A DNA stretch of 64,000 bases from Candidatus Eremiobacteria bacterium. Lineage in GTDB: Bacteria > Vulcanimicrobiota > Vulcanimicrobiia > Vulcanimicrobiales > Vulcanimicrobiaceae. The position numbers and the translations under genes were made by a program. Where the stretch lies: positions 704,001 to 768,000 of the forward strand of contig CAVTRC010000001.1 in NCBI GenBank assembly GCA_963737065.1, given 5' to 3'. Under the pieces are notes generated by a model. That model saw nothing but the letters and a program-made list of their open reading frames with translations, had not been told where the DNA came from and made no database searches. Numbering within the stretch: position 1 is the stretch's first letter; each line of letters begins with the position of its first letter. Of the stretch, positions 1-9,329 are shown piece after piece.

Positions 1-603
1 CCGAGAAGCAGCTGGAGCGGCCGTCCCGATGATACGAGTTACTCGAAATCGAGCGGCGGCCGCTGGAATCCCAAGGGAGAGTTCGGCGCGCTTTACCTGA
101 GCCGCGGTGCCGACGTTGCGCTTGCGAACGGCATTGAAATCGTCAACTCGATGCTTGCGGGCGTCGCGTCCGTAGCTGATTTAATTGCAGACCCGAGGAC
201 GATGTTCGAGGTTCAAGAGTTCGCGGTGAGAACGAGCGCGTTTGTCGATGCTGTGACAGCAAAGGGCTGCGCTGCGCTATCGCTTCCGGCTGCTCCCAAG
301 AAGGGCGTCGGTTATACTAAGACCCGAGCGATTGGTAAGGCTGCGTACGCCGCTGACGAGAACGGTATCGCCTGCGTGTCTGCGGTGAAGAACCACGATG
401 AGGAGCTCGCGATCTTTGACTCGCATTCACCAACGCTCGCGACGACGCGCGGCGCTCGCGTTACATTCGCCGCATGGACGGCCGCACACGTGTCTACGGC
501 GCGTGGAACGAGAAAGAAGAAAAAGACGACTCGCCCTGCCGGGAAAGGTACGAGCACAAAATCGACTCGCGGACCCGCGGCGCGGACTAAGAAAAAAAGC
601 TAG
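1..603 (+). CDS. RES domain (NAD+ phosphorylase/toxin family) protein, 5'-partial, with Lys/Arg-rich C-terminal tail
   Basis: Frame 1 is open from base 1 and reads ...SGGRWNPKGEFGALYLS..., the RES N-terminal signature. It continues into the ORF-track protein at 151..603. Confidence 0.75.
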   Translation, partial: PRSSWSGRPDDTSYSKSSGGRWNPKGEFGALYLSRGADVALANGIEIVNSMLAGVASVADLIADPRTMFEVQEFAVRTSAFVDAVTAKGCAALSLPAAPKKGVGYTKTRAIGKAAYAADENGIACVSAVKNHDEELAIFDSHSPTLATTRGARVTFAAWTAAHVSTARGTRKKKKTTRPAGKGTSTKSTRGPAARTKKKS

Positions 604-1061
604 CCTTTCCGTTGCGACAAGTACGCACCTAATTCGGCAACAACGTCGCGCGGCATACGCGGGGCGTCTTTCGTGCCGCTTAGCGCTTCAGCGCGCGGAT
701 CAGACGTTGCGATCATCCACTTGCATTTTGACACGAGCATCATTACGCGAAGAAAGTCGCGATCCGGTCTCAGATATCGTGCAGTACGGAACGTAGCCCG
801 TGCTGCCCGCCGTGTCGTCAATCATCCAGCCGATTTCCTGGTCGAAGCAAGCCTGCGTGTTGTTGAAACCACAGAGGCCTAAGTCTTCCTTGCCGCTCTT
901 TTGGTGCCATATGTAACGTTGACTTGCCACTGTCACGTTTGCGCTCGTTTCTGGCCACCGTTACGAACGGCGTGACCGCTTGCGGGTCGACGACTACCGT
1001 AACGTTCGCCGTTTCTCCGGCGGTGGAAGCAACTCGCATTGAGCAATTATCCGTGTGAACC

Positions 1062-2330
1062 CTAACGCGAACCGCCTCGACGTGTAATCATCATTTGCGC
1101 GAAAAGCGCGTTCGGCCAAGCGAAATCGTCACGCGTATAGTGTTCGGGCCAATCCGCATCAAACGACTCATGCAACCGGTGATCCCCTACGTCAGCTGCA
1201 GCGAGATAGCGCAGAACGCGCGTGATCTCACTCTGATCCGTCGATGTGAGGATCTGGATGATGAGCGCGAGCGGCCAGACGTATCCACGCGGAGTGTGCG
1301 GGCTGCCGATGCCTGAAGCGAACTTGCCTTCGAAGTAATACGGATTGCGCGGAGAGAGAATAAACGAGCGCGTCGCTTGATAGACGACATCGCGCGCGCC
1401 GGCGTAGCCGAAATACGGAATTGACAAGAGCGACGGGATATTGGCGTCGTCCATCAGCCGCGTGTGTCCGTAGCCGTCGACTTCATACGCGTACATGCGC
1501 CCGACGCCGGGGATGTTGACGACGCCGTACCGCTCGATTGCGCGATGAATTTGAACGGAAAGCCCCCACGCGTTCGCCGCCATGCGATCGTTGTGGTAGA
1601 TCGCCTTTTCGATTTCGGTGAGATCCTGCAGCACGACGACGCCGAACATGTTGTCGGGAATGTTGAAGTGATAACGCGCCGCGTCGTCCGAAGGTCTGAA
1701 CCCGGTCCACACGAGGCCCGTATACGCGGTCGGTGTTCCGCGACCGCCGTTTCCGAGTTGCGGATGGCGATAGTGCGACCGTTGCGTGTGCCGTTGTTCG
1801 GTGCGCAGCGTCGCGACCACCGTTGAGAACGCGCGCTGCAGTTGCGGCGTGAAGATCGTCCGGTCGTCGGTTGCTTTCCAATACTGGTACGCGAACCAAA
1901 CCGGATAGAGGACCGAGTCCATTTCGAACTTGCGTTCGTCGACGCGGTAATGCTCGGTAAACGCGTTGGCATACGGATCGATCAGAATGTAACGCGCCTG
2001 TCGCGCGATCGTACCGCGCAACATTCCCCGGACGTACGGATCGGTATCGGCCTGGGCGATATACGGCGTCATCGTTGCGCTCGAATCGCGCAGCCACTCC
2101 TCGTCGATATCGCCCGTCGATACGAAGGTCGTTCCGTCGTCTTCGATCGTCGCGTGCCGGCTATACGCTTCGTCGTACGCCACGCGGAAAATGCTTTCCA
2201 GCGTGGCGGTCACTTTCGACATGTGCGCGACGCGATGCGCGCCTGACGAAACGCCGGCGAGTACTAAAATCCCGCACGCAGATGCGAGGACCGTTGTAAC
2301 CGCGAGGTAAGCGCGTTTGAGCGGCTGCAT
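1062..2330 (-). CDS. Glycoside hydrolase family 125 (exo-alpha-1,6-mannosidase-like) with N-terminal signal/TM segment
   Basis: Motifs TGDI..WLRDS, IDPYANAF, ERKFEMDS, GFRPSDD, MDDANIPSLL, GIGSPHT and FAWPNALF. Start chosen at MQPLKR. Confidence 0.9.
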   Translation of the reverse strand: MQPLKRAYLAVTTVLASACGILVLAGVSSGAHRVAHMSKVTATLESIFRVAYDEAYSRHATIEDDGTTFVSTGDIDEEWLRDSSATMTPYIAQADTDPYVRGMLRGTIARQARYILIDPYANAFTEHYRVDERKFEMDSVLYPVWFAYQYWKATDDRTIFTPQLQRAFSTVVATLRTEQRHTQRSHYRHPQLGNGGRGTPTAYTGLVWTGFRPSDDAARYHFNIPDNMFGVVVLQDLTEIEKAIYHNDRMAANAWGLSVQIHRAIERYGVVNIPGVGRMYAYEVDGYGHTRLMDDANIPSLLSIPYFGYAGARDVVYQATRSFILSPRNPYYFEGKFASGIGSPHTPRGYVWPLALIIQILTSTDQSEITRVLRYLAAADVGDHRLHESFDADWPEHYTRDDFAWPNALFAQMMITRRGGSR

Positions 2331-2390
2331 TACCTCATAATGCCCAAGCTTCGCTACACGCGCCACGACCAAGGGAGCGCACGCCGTGCC

Positions 2391-3869
2391 CTATCGCCAG
2401 ATCGTTGACTGGTTCAAGATCGCAACGCTTCGACCGTCGAACTTGTGGCAGCGGCTAAGCGAAAACGCGTGAATGATGCGACCGCCCTGCGAGATTTCGA
2501 TCCCCGGCATCGGATCGATCGAACCGCATGCGAGTTGCAAGAGGCGCACCATATCGGGCCGTCGCCAGAGTTGCACGTGATCGAGGTAGATCGTCTGCGT
2601 TGCATGCGGCGCCGTGGGCCATTCCAGTGCTTCACGGCCTTGACTGTTGTATCCGATCACGTAGGGCGGGATGCCGCCGTAGAAATCCAATAGGCTGGAG
2701 AGCCCGTACTCGTCGGTGACGATCAGCGAGCTCGGATACCGCGCTGCCAACGTTGCCGCAAGTGCGCCGTCGCTATAGATTTCGAGCGCGCTCATCGTCG
2801 ATACGTTGCCCGGCAGCGTGTTCGCCAGCCGAACAATAAAGGAGAGCGGCGCGCACGCCAGCAGTAGCGCAGCCGTCGCGACGACGGCCGACGGGACGAA
2901 CGCAGCGATCGACCAGCGCCGCAACACGCTCCCCTGCATGCGAACCGTGAACGGCAGCACGATCAGCGAACACATCGGTCCGGCAAACCAATACACTTCA
3001 ACCGGCTCGAAGAGCGAGAGCGCGACGAGCAGCACACCGAGCGGAGCGGCGCTCGCGCCGAGAAGCCATGGCGCAAGCGCGCTTTCATCGCGCTGCGCGA
3101 AGAGCGAGCGCAGAATCAACGGCGCAAAGAACAGCGCGCCCAGCGCGAGCGCACCGGCGATCGTCGCGAGAAATCGTTCCGGCGAAACGCCCGTAAAATG
3201 ATGGCGTGCCATCACCGCGAATTCGACGCCGGCCCAGCGGTGCAGCGCGTTCCACATGATATACGGGACAACTATGGCGGCGGCCGACATGAGCCCGACC
3301 ACCGCATTGCGCCAATGCGTCCGGCGCAACCGCCGATCGCCGAATACGACCCAAATGATTCCGGCAGCGAGCCCAACGGCGAAGACGCGCGCAAGTCCGG
3401 CGAGCCCGAGTGCAATGCCGGCAAGAACCCACCAGCGAAGTGCACCCTCGCGCAGCGCTCGCAGCGTGCACGCAAGTGACGTCATCCACATTGCGAGAAA
3501 CGGACCGTCGGGCGTCGCGAAATTGAACGCGAGAAGGCCGAGCGGTGTAAGGTTTACCGCGAGCGCCGCCAGTACCGCGCGGCGCGACGATCCCGTTGCA
3601 ACGCGGACGAAATCCCATGCGGCGATCGAAGCGACCACGCCGCACATCAGAAACCCGGCACGCAGGCGAAGCGCGTCGTGCGACACCGACGTAAACGCCG
3701 CGATCAACCACGCAACCATCGGCGGATGGTCGATGTAGCCGAAGGCGAGCCGGCGGCTCCATTCCCAGTAATATGCCTCGTCGCCTCCCACCGGGAAACG
3801 GACGGCGGCGGCAATGCGCAACGCGAACACGCCGATGACGGCGATGTAGAGGATCAGCCCGCGGCGCAC
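2391..3869 (-). CDS. Glycosyltransferase family 39 (ArnT/PMT-like) membrane protein
   Basis: DEAYYWEW...GYIDHPPMVAW and TPDGP motifs, with many TM helices. Confidence 0.85.
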   Translation of the reverse strand: MRRGLILYIAVIGVFALRIAAAVRFPVGGDEAYYWEWSRRLAFGYIDHPPMVAWLIAAFTSVSHDALRLRAGFLMCGVVASIAAWDFVRVATGSSRRAVLAALAVNLTPLGLLAFNFATPDGPFLAMWMTSLACTLRALREGALRWWVLAGIALGLAGLARVFAVGLAAGIIWVVFGDRRLRRTHWRNAVVGLMSAAAIVVPYIMWNALHRWAGVEFAVMARHHFTGVSPERFLATIAGALALGALFFAPLILRSLFAQRDESALAPWLLGASAAPLGVLLVALSLFEPVEVYWFAGPMCSLIVLPFTVRMQGSVLRRWSIAAFVPSAVVATAALLLACAPLSFIVRLANTLPGNVSTMSALEIYSDGALAATLAARYPSSLIVTDEYGLSSLLDFYGGIPPYVIGYNSQGREALEWPTAPHATQTIYLDHVQLWRRPDMVRLLQLACGSIDPMPGIEISQGGRIIHAFSLSRCHKFDGRSVAILNQSTIWR

Positions 3870-3873
3870 GCGA

Positions 3874-4362
3874 TTAGCGCAGACGAATTAGGAGCTTTCC
3901 GTCGTCTGGACTCGCAGGTTCAGACGTTTGCGCGACGGGTTGCGCGTTGCGTTCGGGCGCCGGCATTGCACCATAATCGGGCACTTCGCCCTTCACGACC
4001 TTTTCACGATAGTCGTCGATCGCGACTTTTAACGCTTCGAGCGCGCGCTCGGGGTAATCTTTCTTCTTCTCGGGGTAACCGGCGAGTTGCGCTTCGATGT
4101 CGGCGTTTGTGATCGCGCTCGCTTCAGCGATCGTTTTGCCTTTGCTGAGTTCGACGACGAGACTACACGTCGCGGTGCCGAAGCCGCACCCGGTCGTGAA
4201 GTACGAGATGTCCTCGATAACGGCGCCGGGACCGATCTTTAAAAAGAAGTTGTACATATCGCCGCACGAGTCGCTGAAGTACTCGCCGCTCGCGGTCGGG
4301 TCGTCCATCGTGTGGAAGCCCGGACGGGCCTCGACCAGACGCTGAAACTTGGCAAAATCCAC
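3874..4362 (-). CDS. IscU/NifU-N family Fe-S scaffold-like protein (atypical)
   Basis: Has SCGD, TTGCG and GKT motifs but lacks the C-terminal KxHC. Adjacent to the suf genes. Confidence 0.8.
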   Translation of the reverse strand: MDFAKFQRLVEARPGFHTMDDPTASGEYFSDSCGDMYNFFLKIGPGAVIEDISYFTTGCGFGTATCSLVVELSKGKTIAEASAITNADIEAQLAGYPEKKKDYPERALEALKVAIDDYREKVVKGEVPDYGAMPAPERNAQPVAQTSEPASPDDGKLLIRLR

Positions 4363-4368
4363 GAAAAG

Positions 4369-4998
4369 TTATACTCCCTTGAGTTCGAATTTGCAGCTCT
4401 TACCGCCCTCGCGCAGCGATTCGACTTGGCGGTGTTCGCCGCCGATCGTTTCATCGAGCACGTGGTGGATGACCGAACAGACTTCCGGGTGATCTTTCGC
4501 AACGCCCGAATACGGACAATTGTGCTCTTGGAGCATGAACCCGCCGTCGATCAGACTGTATTCAGCAACGACGCCGCCGTCGCGTAAGACTTCGGTGAGC
4601 TGCGCAACTTTGCCCTCGGCGTCGCTTGCCGTTACTTTTGCTTTCGCTTTCTCCACCGCACGTCGCGCGATGGAGTCGAAAATTTCCTCGACGGCGCTCC
4701 TGCCGTACTTGTCCTTTAGCTCGCGTAACACGGCTGAGAGCATCTTGTCGTACGCTTGCGGAAAGAGTTTATCGGCTCGCGCGGTCAAGGAGAACTCGAG
4801 GGTTGGTTTCGTCGGTCCGCGCCGGACCGACGCCTCTTCAACTAATCCGTCGCGTTGCAGCACGACGAGTTGCTGGCGCACCGCATTGGGGGACAGACCG
4901 AAGCGCGCAGCAAGTTCTGCAGCGGAGGCGGGGCCCCGCCGGCGCAGTTCGGCGACGATCTTGCCGCGTGTGGTCTGAAAAAAGCGGTCGAGCTGCAT
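4369..4998 (-). CDS. sufR: SufR-like HTH Fe-S cluster biosynthesis regulator
   Basis: N-terminal wHTH (ELAARFGLSPNAVRQQL), then EHNCPY...VC...C cluster ligands. Divergent from sufC. Confidence 0.75.
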   Translation of the reverse strand: MQLDRFFQTTRGKIVAELRRRGPASAAELAARFGLSPNAVRQQLVVLQRDGLVEEASVRRGPTKPTLEFSLTARADKLFPQAYDKMLSAVLRELKDKYGRSAVEEIFDSIARRAVEKAKAKVTASDAEGKVAQLTEVLRDGGVVAEYSLIDGGFMLQEHNCPYSGVAKDHPEVCSVIHHVLDETIGGEHRQVESLREGGKSCKFELKGV

Positions 4999-5038
4999 GG
5001 GGTTTCGTGGGTATCCTATCACGGCTCGCCGAGATAGT

Positions 5039-5077
5039 AAAGTAAATCCTTGACTTTCTGCCCTTATCGGCTATAAG
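5039..5077 (+). promoter_or_regulatory. Putative sigma70 promoter of sufC with overlapping inverted repeat (candidate SufR operator)
   Basis: TTGACT (5050-5055), 16 nt spacer, TATAAG (5072-5077). Imperfect inverted repeat AAAGTAAA-TCC-TTGACTTT (5039-5057) covers the -35 box. Confidence 0.5.
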
Positions 5078-5138
5078 CTACTCAGGCACCGTTCCGCGCG
5101 GTCCCGGTGCCAATATTTTCCGACAGGAGTGAGCACGC

Positions 5139-5909
5139 GTGTCCGAACAGGGCCTCCGAATTTCCGGCCTGCACTGCAGCGTCGACGGCAATGAAATCTT
5201 GAAGGGTATCGACCTCACGGTCGAACCCGGCAGCGTCCATGCATTGATGGGCCCGAATGGCAGCGGCAAATCGACGCTCGCGTTCTCTCTGACGGGACAT
5301 CCAAAATACGATGTGACGAGTGGAACGGCGACGCTGGATGGCGAGGATCTGCTCGCGCTTCCCGCGGACAAGCGCGCGCGCGCCGGACTTTTTCTATCCT
5401 TTCAATATCCCGCTGCGATCCCGGGCGTTAAGGTCCCCAACTTTCTCTATGCCGCGCGTCAAGCGGAGCGTCCCGGTCAGCTCACGCCGTCGAAATTCCG
5501 CGCGCTGCTGCTTGAGAAGATGGACGTCCTCGGCATGGATCCCTCGTTTCTCGGCCGGTACTTGAACGACGGCTTCTCGGGCGGTGAAAAGAAGCGGCTC
5601 GAAATGCTGCAAATGACCGTGCTGGCGCCGAAATATGCGATTCTCGACGAAACCGATTCCGGTCTCGACGTCGACGCGCTCAAAGATGTCGGCGAATCGG
5701 TGAAAGGCCTGCGAGAGAGCGACGAAGGCAAGAACACCGGCTTCCTCATCATCACGCACTATCCGCGCATTTTACAGCACGTCGAACCCGACGTCGTGCA
5801 TATCATGATCGACGGCCGGATCGTCAAGACCGGCGATGCCGCACTCGCGCACCGTATCGAACGCGAAGGGTACGATGTCATTCGCGAGGAGACGCGCGCT
5901 CTTGCCTAG
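5139..5909 (+). CDS. sufC: Fe-S cluster assembly ATPase SufC
   Basis: GPNGSGKST, LNDGFSGGEKKR, LDETDSGLDVD and ITHY motifs. Confidence 0.95.
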   Translation: MSEQGLRISGLHCSVDGNEILKGIDLTVEPGSVHALMGPNGSGKSTLAFSLTGHPKYDVTSGTATLDGEDLLALPADKRARAGLFLSFQYPAAIPGVKVPNFLYAARQAERPGQLTPSKFRALLLEKMDVLGMDPSFLGRYLNDGFSGGEKKRLEMLQMTVLAPKYAILDETDSGLDVDALKDVGESVKGLRESDEGKNTGFLIITHYPRILQHVEPDVVHIMIDGRIVKTGDAALAHRIEREGYDVIREETRALA

Positions 5910-7038
5910 CCAACTGCTCGAGAGCGACCGGGAGAGCGCGCTCGAACGCTTTCGCACAACGCGCAGCGGACGCGAAAAACCGAGCCGTTATTGGAAGTTC
6001 GACGTCGAGACGCTCGACGTACCGATCCCGATCGGAACGCCGGGCGGTTCGGTCGAGATCACCGCGCCGCCAGGACGCATCATCGCATGCGATCTGCAGA
6101 CGGCGCAGCGCGAACATGCGCCGCTGCTCGAGCGCGCGTTCGGCAAGGCCGTTGAGCCGTCGATGAAGTTCGCGCACCTCGCGCGCGCGTTCACGCATCT
6201 GGGAGCGTTCGTCTATATTCCGCCCGATTGCGCGTCGGACGATCCGATCGTCATCCGCTATCGCAGCGCGGGGAGCGAGGCGATCTTTCCGCACACCGTT
6301 GTGTTCGCCGAGCGTGGTTCCCGCGCAACCGTCATCGAACATCTCGACGTCGACGGCGGCACGTTCGTATGCGGTATCGCCGAGATCGTCACTGGCGCAT
6401 CGGCCGACGTCACATACGCCGCGCCGCAACTCGCCCCGGAGAGCGCGCGAATTCTCTTCACGCGTGCCGCGCTTCCCGGCCGCGACGCCCGCATCGCGTG
6501 GGCAACGGCGGATCTCGGCGCTTCGCTCAGCGTCGCGGACATTGCCGTAATTGCCGAACAGCCGGGCATCGACGCGAACGTCGCCTCACTCTTCTTTCCC
6601 GGCGGATCGCAGCACGTCGATATCGTCAGCGCGGTCGACCATCGCGTCGGTGAAACGACGTCGCAGACGGTCGTCAAAGCGGCCGCGACCGGCGCGGGCC
6701 AAGGACGGTATCTCGGCAACATCCGCATCGCCGCGCGCGCGCAACAAACGCAGGCGAGCCTGCGCGACGACGCGCTGCTGCTATCCAAGCGCGCGCACAT
6801 TGATTCCATTCCGGCCCTGGAGATCGCGGCAAACGACGTGAAGGCATTTCACGGCGCGACGGTCGGCGCGCTCGACGACGACGCGATCTTCTACATGACG
6901 AGCCGCGGTATCGATCGCGCAAGCGCCGAGCGGATGATCGCGCTCGGGTTCTTCGAACCCGTCATCGAACGTTTTCCGTCAGAATCGCTGCGCGAGACGA
7001 TCCGCGAAGCGCTCCAGCGAAAAGTGCAAGCGGTATGA
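5875..7038 (+). CDS. sufD: Fe-S cluster assembly protein SufD
   Basis: C-terminal IDSIPALEIAANDVKAFHGATVG...FYMTSRGI. Start uncertain (ATG 5875 or TTG 5902). Confidence 0.85.
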   Translation: MSFARRRALLPSQLLESDRESALERFRTTRSGREKPSRYWKFDVETLDVPIPIGTPGGSVEITAPPGRIIACDLQTAQREHAPLLERAFGKAVEPSMKFAHLARAFTHLGAFVYIPPDCASDDPIVIRYRSAGSEAIFPHTVVFAERGSRATVIEHLDVDGGTFVCGIAEIVTGASADVTYAAPQLAPESARILFTRAALPGRDARIAWATADLGASLSVADIAVIAEQPGIDANVASLFFPGGSQHVDIVSAVDHRVGETTSQTVVKAAATGAGQGRYLGNIRIAARAQQTQASLRDDALLLSKRAHIDSIPALEIAANDVKAFHGATVGALDDDAIFYMTSRGIDRASAERMIALGFFEPVIERFPSESLRETIREALQRKVQAV

Positions 7039-8279
7039 TCTCTCTCGACGAACGTAAGGTCGAACGCATCATTGCGGACTTTCCCATCCTCGCGAAACCG
7101 ACGTCGCGCGGCAAGCGGCTCGTGTATCTCGATTCGGCCGCAACGTCGCAGAAGCCGCAGAGCGTGATCGACGCGCTCGTCACCTATTACACCGAATACA
7201 ACGCGAACATTCATCGCGGCGTTTATGAACTCGCTGCGCGCGCGACCGACGCATTCGAAGCGGCGCGCGAAACCGTCGCGCGTTTTATTAACGCGGACTC
7301 GCGGGAAGTTATCTGGACGCGGAACGCAACCGAGGCGATCAACCTCGTCGGCTACAGCTGGGGATTGACGAACATCCGAAGCGGAGACGTTATTTTGACG
7401 TCGCAACTCGAGCACCACTCGAACCTCGTCCCGTGGCAGCTGCTCGCGGAGAAGACCGGTGCGACGCTGCGCTTCATTCCGGTCGATAGCCGCGGAGTGC
7501 TGCAACTCGAGAATCTGGACGCGCTGCTCGACGGCGTAAGACTGCTCGCCATTTCGCACGTGAGCAATACGCTCGGCACGATCACGCCGCTCGAACGCAT
7601 CGTTCCGAAGGCGCACGCAGCGGGGGCGACGGTTCTCGTCGACGGTGCGCAAGGCGCGCCGCACCTCGCGGTAGACGTGAAAGCGCTCGACGTTGATTTC
7701 TATGCGTTCAGCGGACATAAAATGCTCGGCCCGACCGGCATCGGCGTCCTCTACGGCAAGCGCGCGCTGCTCGAAGCAATGCCACCGTTCTTGGCAGGCG
7801 GCGACATGATCCGCAAAGTCGAATACGAGCAGACCTCGTTCAACGATCTGCCGTGGAAGTTCGAAGCGGGCACGAGCAATATCGCGGATGCGATCGCCCT
7901 CGGCGTGGCCGTCGAGTATCTGGAGTCGCTCGGCATGGAGTGGGTGCGTGAGCACGAGCAAGAACTACTCGCATACGCACTGGAGCGGCTCGCGCCGCTC
8001 GAACGCCGGCGTCTGGCGCTCTACGGTCCGAAGGATCCCCAACTGGTTTCGGGCGTGCTTTCGTTTAACTTTGCCGACATTCACGCGCACGATCTCGCGT
8101 CGATCCTCGATACCGAAGGCGTCTGCGTGCGCGCGGGTCATCACTGCACGATGCCGTTGATGGAGAAGATGGGCTGGCCCGCTACCACGCGCGCATCGTT
8201 CTACGTTTACAATACGCGTGCGGACGTCGATGCACTCGTCGAAGGGTTGGAAAAAGCGGCGCAAGTCTTCAGGCTTTAG
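7035..8279 (+). CDS. sufS: Cysteine desulfurase SufS
   Basis: YLDSAATSQKP, FSGHKMLGPTGIG and RAGHHC motifs. Confidence 0.95.
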   Translation: MISLDERKVERIIADFPILAKPTSRGKRLVYLDSAATSQKPQSVIDALVTYYTEYNANIHRGVYELAARATDAFEAARETVARFINADSREVIWTRNATEAINLVGYSWGLTNIRSGDVILTSQLEHHSNLVPWQLLAEKTGATLRFIPVDSRGVLQLENLDALLDGVRLLAISHVSNTLGTITPLERIVPKAHAAGATVLVDGAQGAPHLAVDVKALDVDFYAFSGHKMLGPTGIGVLYGKRALLEAMPPFLAGGDMIRKVEYEQTSFNDLPWKFEAGTSNIADAIALGVAVEYLESLGMEWVREHEQELLAYALERLAPLERRRLALYGPKDPQLVSGVLSFNFADIHAHDLASILDTEGVCVRAGHHCTMPLMEKMGWPATTRASFYVYNTRADVDALVEGLEKAAQVFRL

Positions 8280-8295
8280 GGAGCCACCGTAACGC

Positions 8296-8688
8296 ATGGA
8301 CGATTTCTACCGCGATTTCATTCTCGATCACTACCGGAACCCCAGGAACTTTGGAACGCTTGAGGGCGCAACCGCGACTGCGGAAGATTTGAACCCGCTG
8401 TGCGGCGATCAGATCCGGATCGATTTGCGCGTCGACGCGAAGGGGATCGTCGAAGACGTTCGCTTCTCCGGAAAAGGCTGCGCGATCAGTCAAGCGTCGG
8501 CGTCGATGCTTACCGAAGACGTCAAAGGCATGAAGCTCGAGGACGTAGCGAAACTCGGGAAAGACGTCGTGCTGGAAAACGTCGGCATCGGGATCAGTCC
8601 GACGCGCATGAAGTGCGCCACGCTGGGTTTGCGCGTACTCAAGAGCGCCGCGATCGGTGAAATCGCCGGCTGGCCCGACGAAGAGTAA
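8296..8688 (+). CDS. sufU: SUF system NifU-family protein SufU
   Basis: ILDHYRNPRN, NPLCGD, GCAISQASAS and RMKCA motifs. Confidence 0.92.
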   Translation: MDDFYRDFILDHYRNPRNFGTLEGATATAEDLNPLCGDQIRIDLRVDAKGIVEDVRFSGKGCAISQASASMLTEDVKGMKLEDVAKLGKDVVLENVGIGISPTRMKCATLGLRVLKSAAIGEIAGWPDEE

Positions 8689-8694
8689 CGCGAT

Positions 8695-8985
8695 CTGATC
8701 GCGTTCTTCGTCGACGAGTTTTCCCGCCTCGTCGCGGCAACGCTCTGCGCCGCATGTGCGGTCATTCTTTGGGATCTCATCGGACAATCGCGTCTGGCGC
8801 ACCGTATCGCGCGCGCCGTCGTCGGATCGGTGTTTGGATTCGTCGCGCTCGCCCTCGTCGCTACGGTATCGGGACGCGTGCGACTTGACTTTTCGATTAT
8901 CGCGATCGGCGTCTTCGTCGCCGCGTTGACCGTTGACGCGCTCATCGGCGATGCCGTTCGTGCGGGAATCGGGTTACGACGTTAG
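8695..8985 (+). CDS. Small membrane protein absent from the ORF track (non-canonical start)
   Basis: Open frame directly after the sufU TAA: (L)IAFFVDEFSRLVAATLCAACAVILWDLIGQSRLAHRIARAVVGSVFGFVALALVATVSGRVRLDFSIIAIGVFVAALTVDALIGDAVRAGIGLRR*. Three hydrophobic segments; fills the gap exactly. Confidence 0.55.
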   Translation: MIAFFVDEFSRLVAATLCAACAVILWDLIGQSRLAHRIARAVVGSVFGFVALALVATVSGRVRLDFSIIAIGVFVAALTVDALIGDAVRAGIGLRR

Positions 8986-8999
8986 AAAACAAGCGCGCG

Positions 9000-9329
9000 A
9001 TGCAGCATCACCATTTGTCGGCAAGCGAATGGGACCAAGTGGCCGCAGACGCGGATTTTCAGTCGCTGTTGCGAGCGCGCCGGCACTTCACGATTCCGGC
9101 CGTCATTTTTGCTCTCGCGTTCTTTCTTGCGCTGCCGGTCGGGATCGCGTGTGCTCCCGGCTATATGCGCCAGCCGATCGCGGGCGGCATGAGCCGCGCG
9201 TGGGCGTTTGCACTCTTGCAGTTCGTGATGGCGTGGTTGTTGCTCGCCCTTTACATGCGTGAAGCGCGAACGTTCGACGAGCGCGCGGCGAAGATCGTCG
9301 AGCGCGCGCGCCGGGAGTTCGCGCAGTGA
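9000..9329 (+). CDS. DUF485 (YjcH-like) membrane protein
   Basis: FQSLLRARR, two TM helices and YMREA..FD. Overlaps the start of actP, the usual pairing. Confidence 0.85.
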   Translation: MQHHHLSASEWDQVAADADFQSLLRARRHFTIPAVIFALAFFLALPVGIACAPGYMRQPIAGGMSRAWAFALLQFVMAWLLLALYMREARTFDERAAKIVERARREFAQ

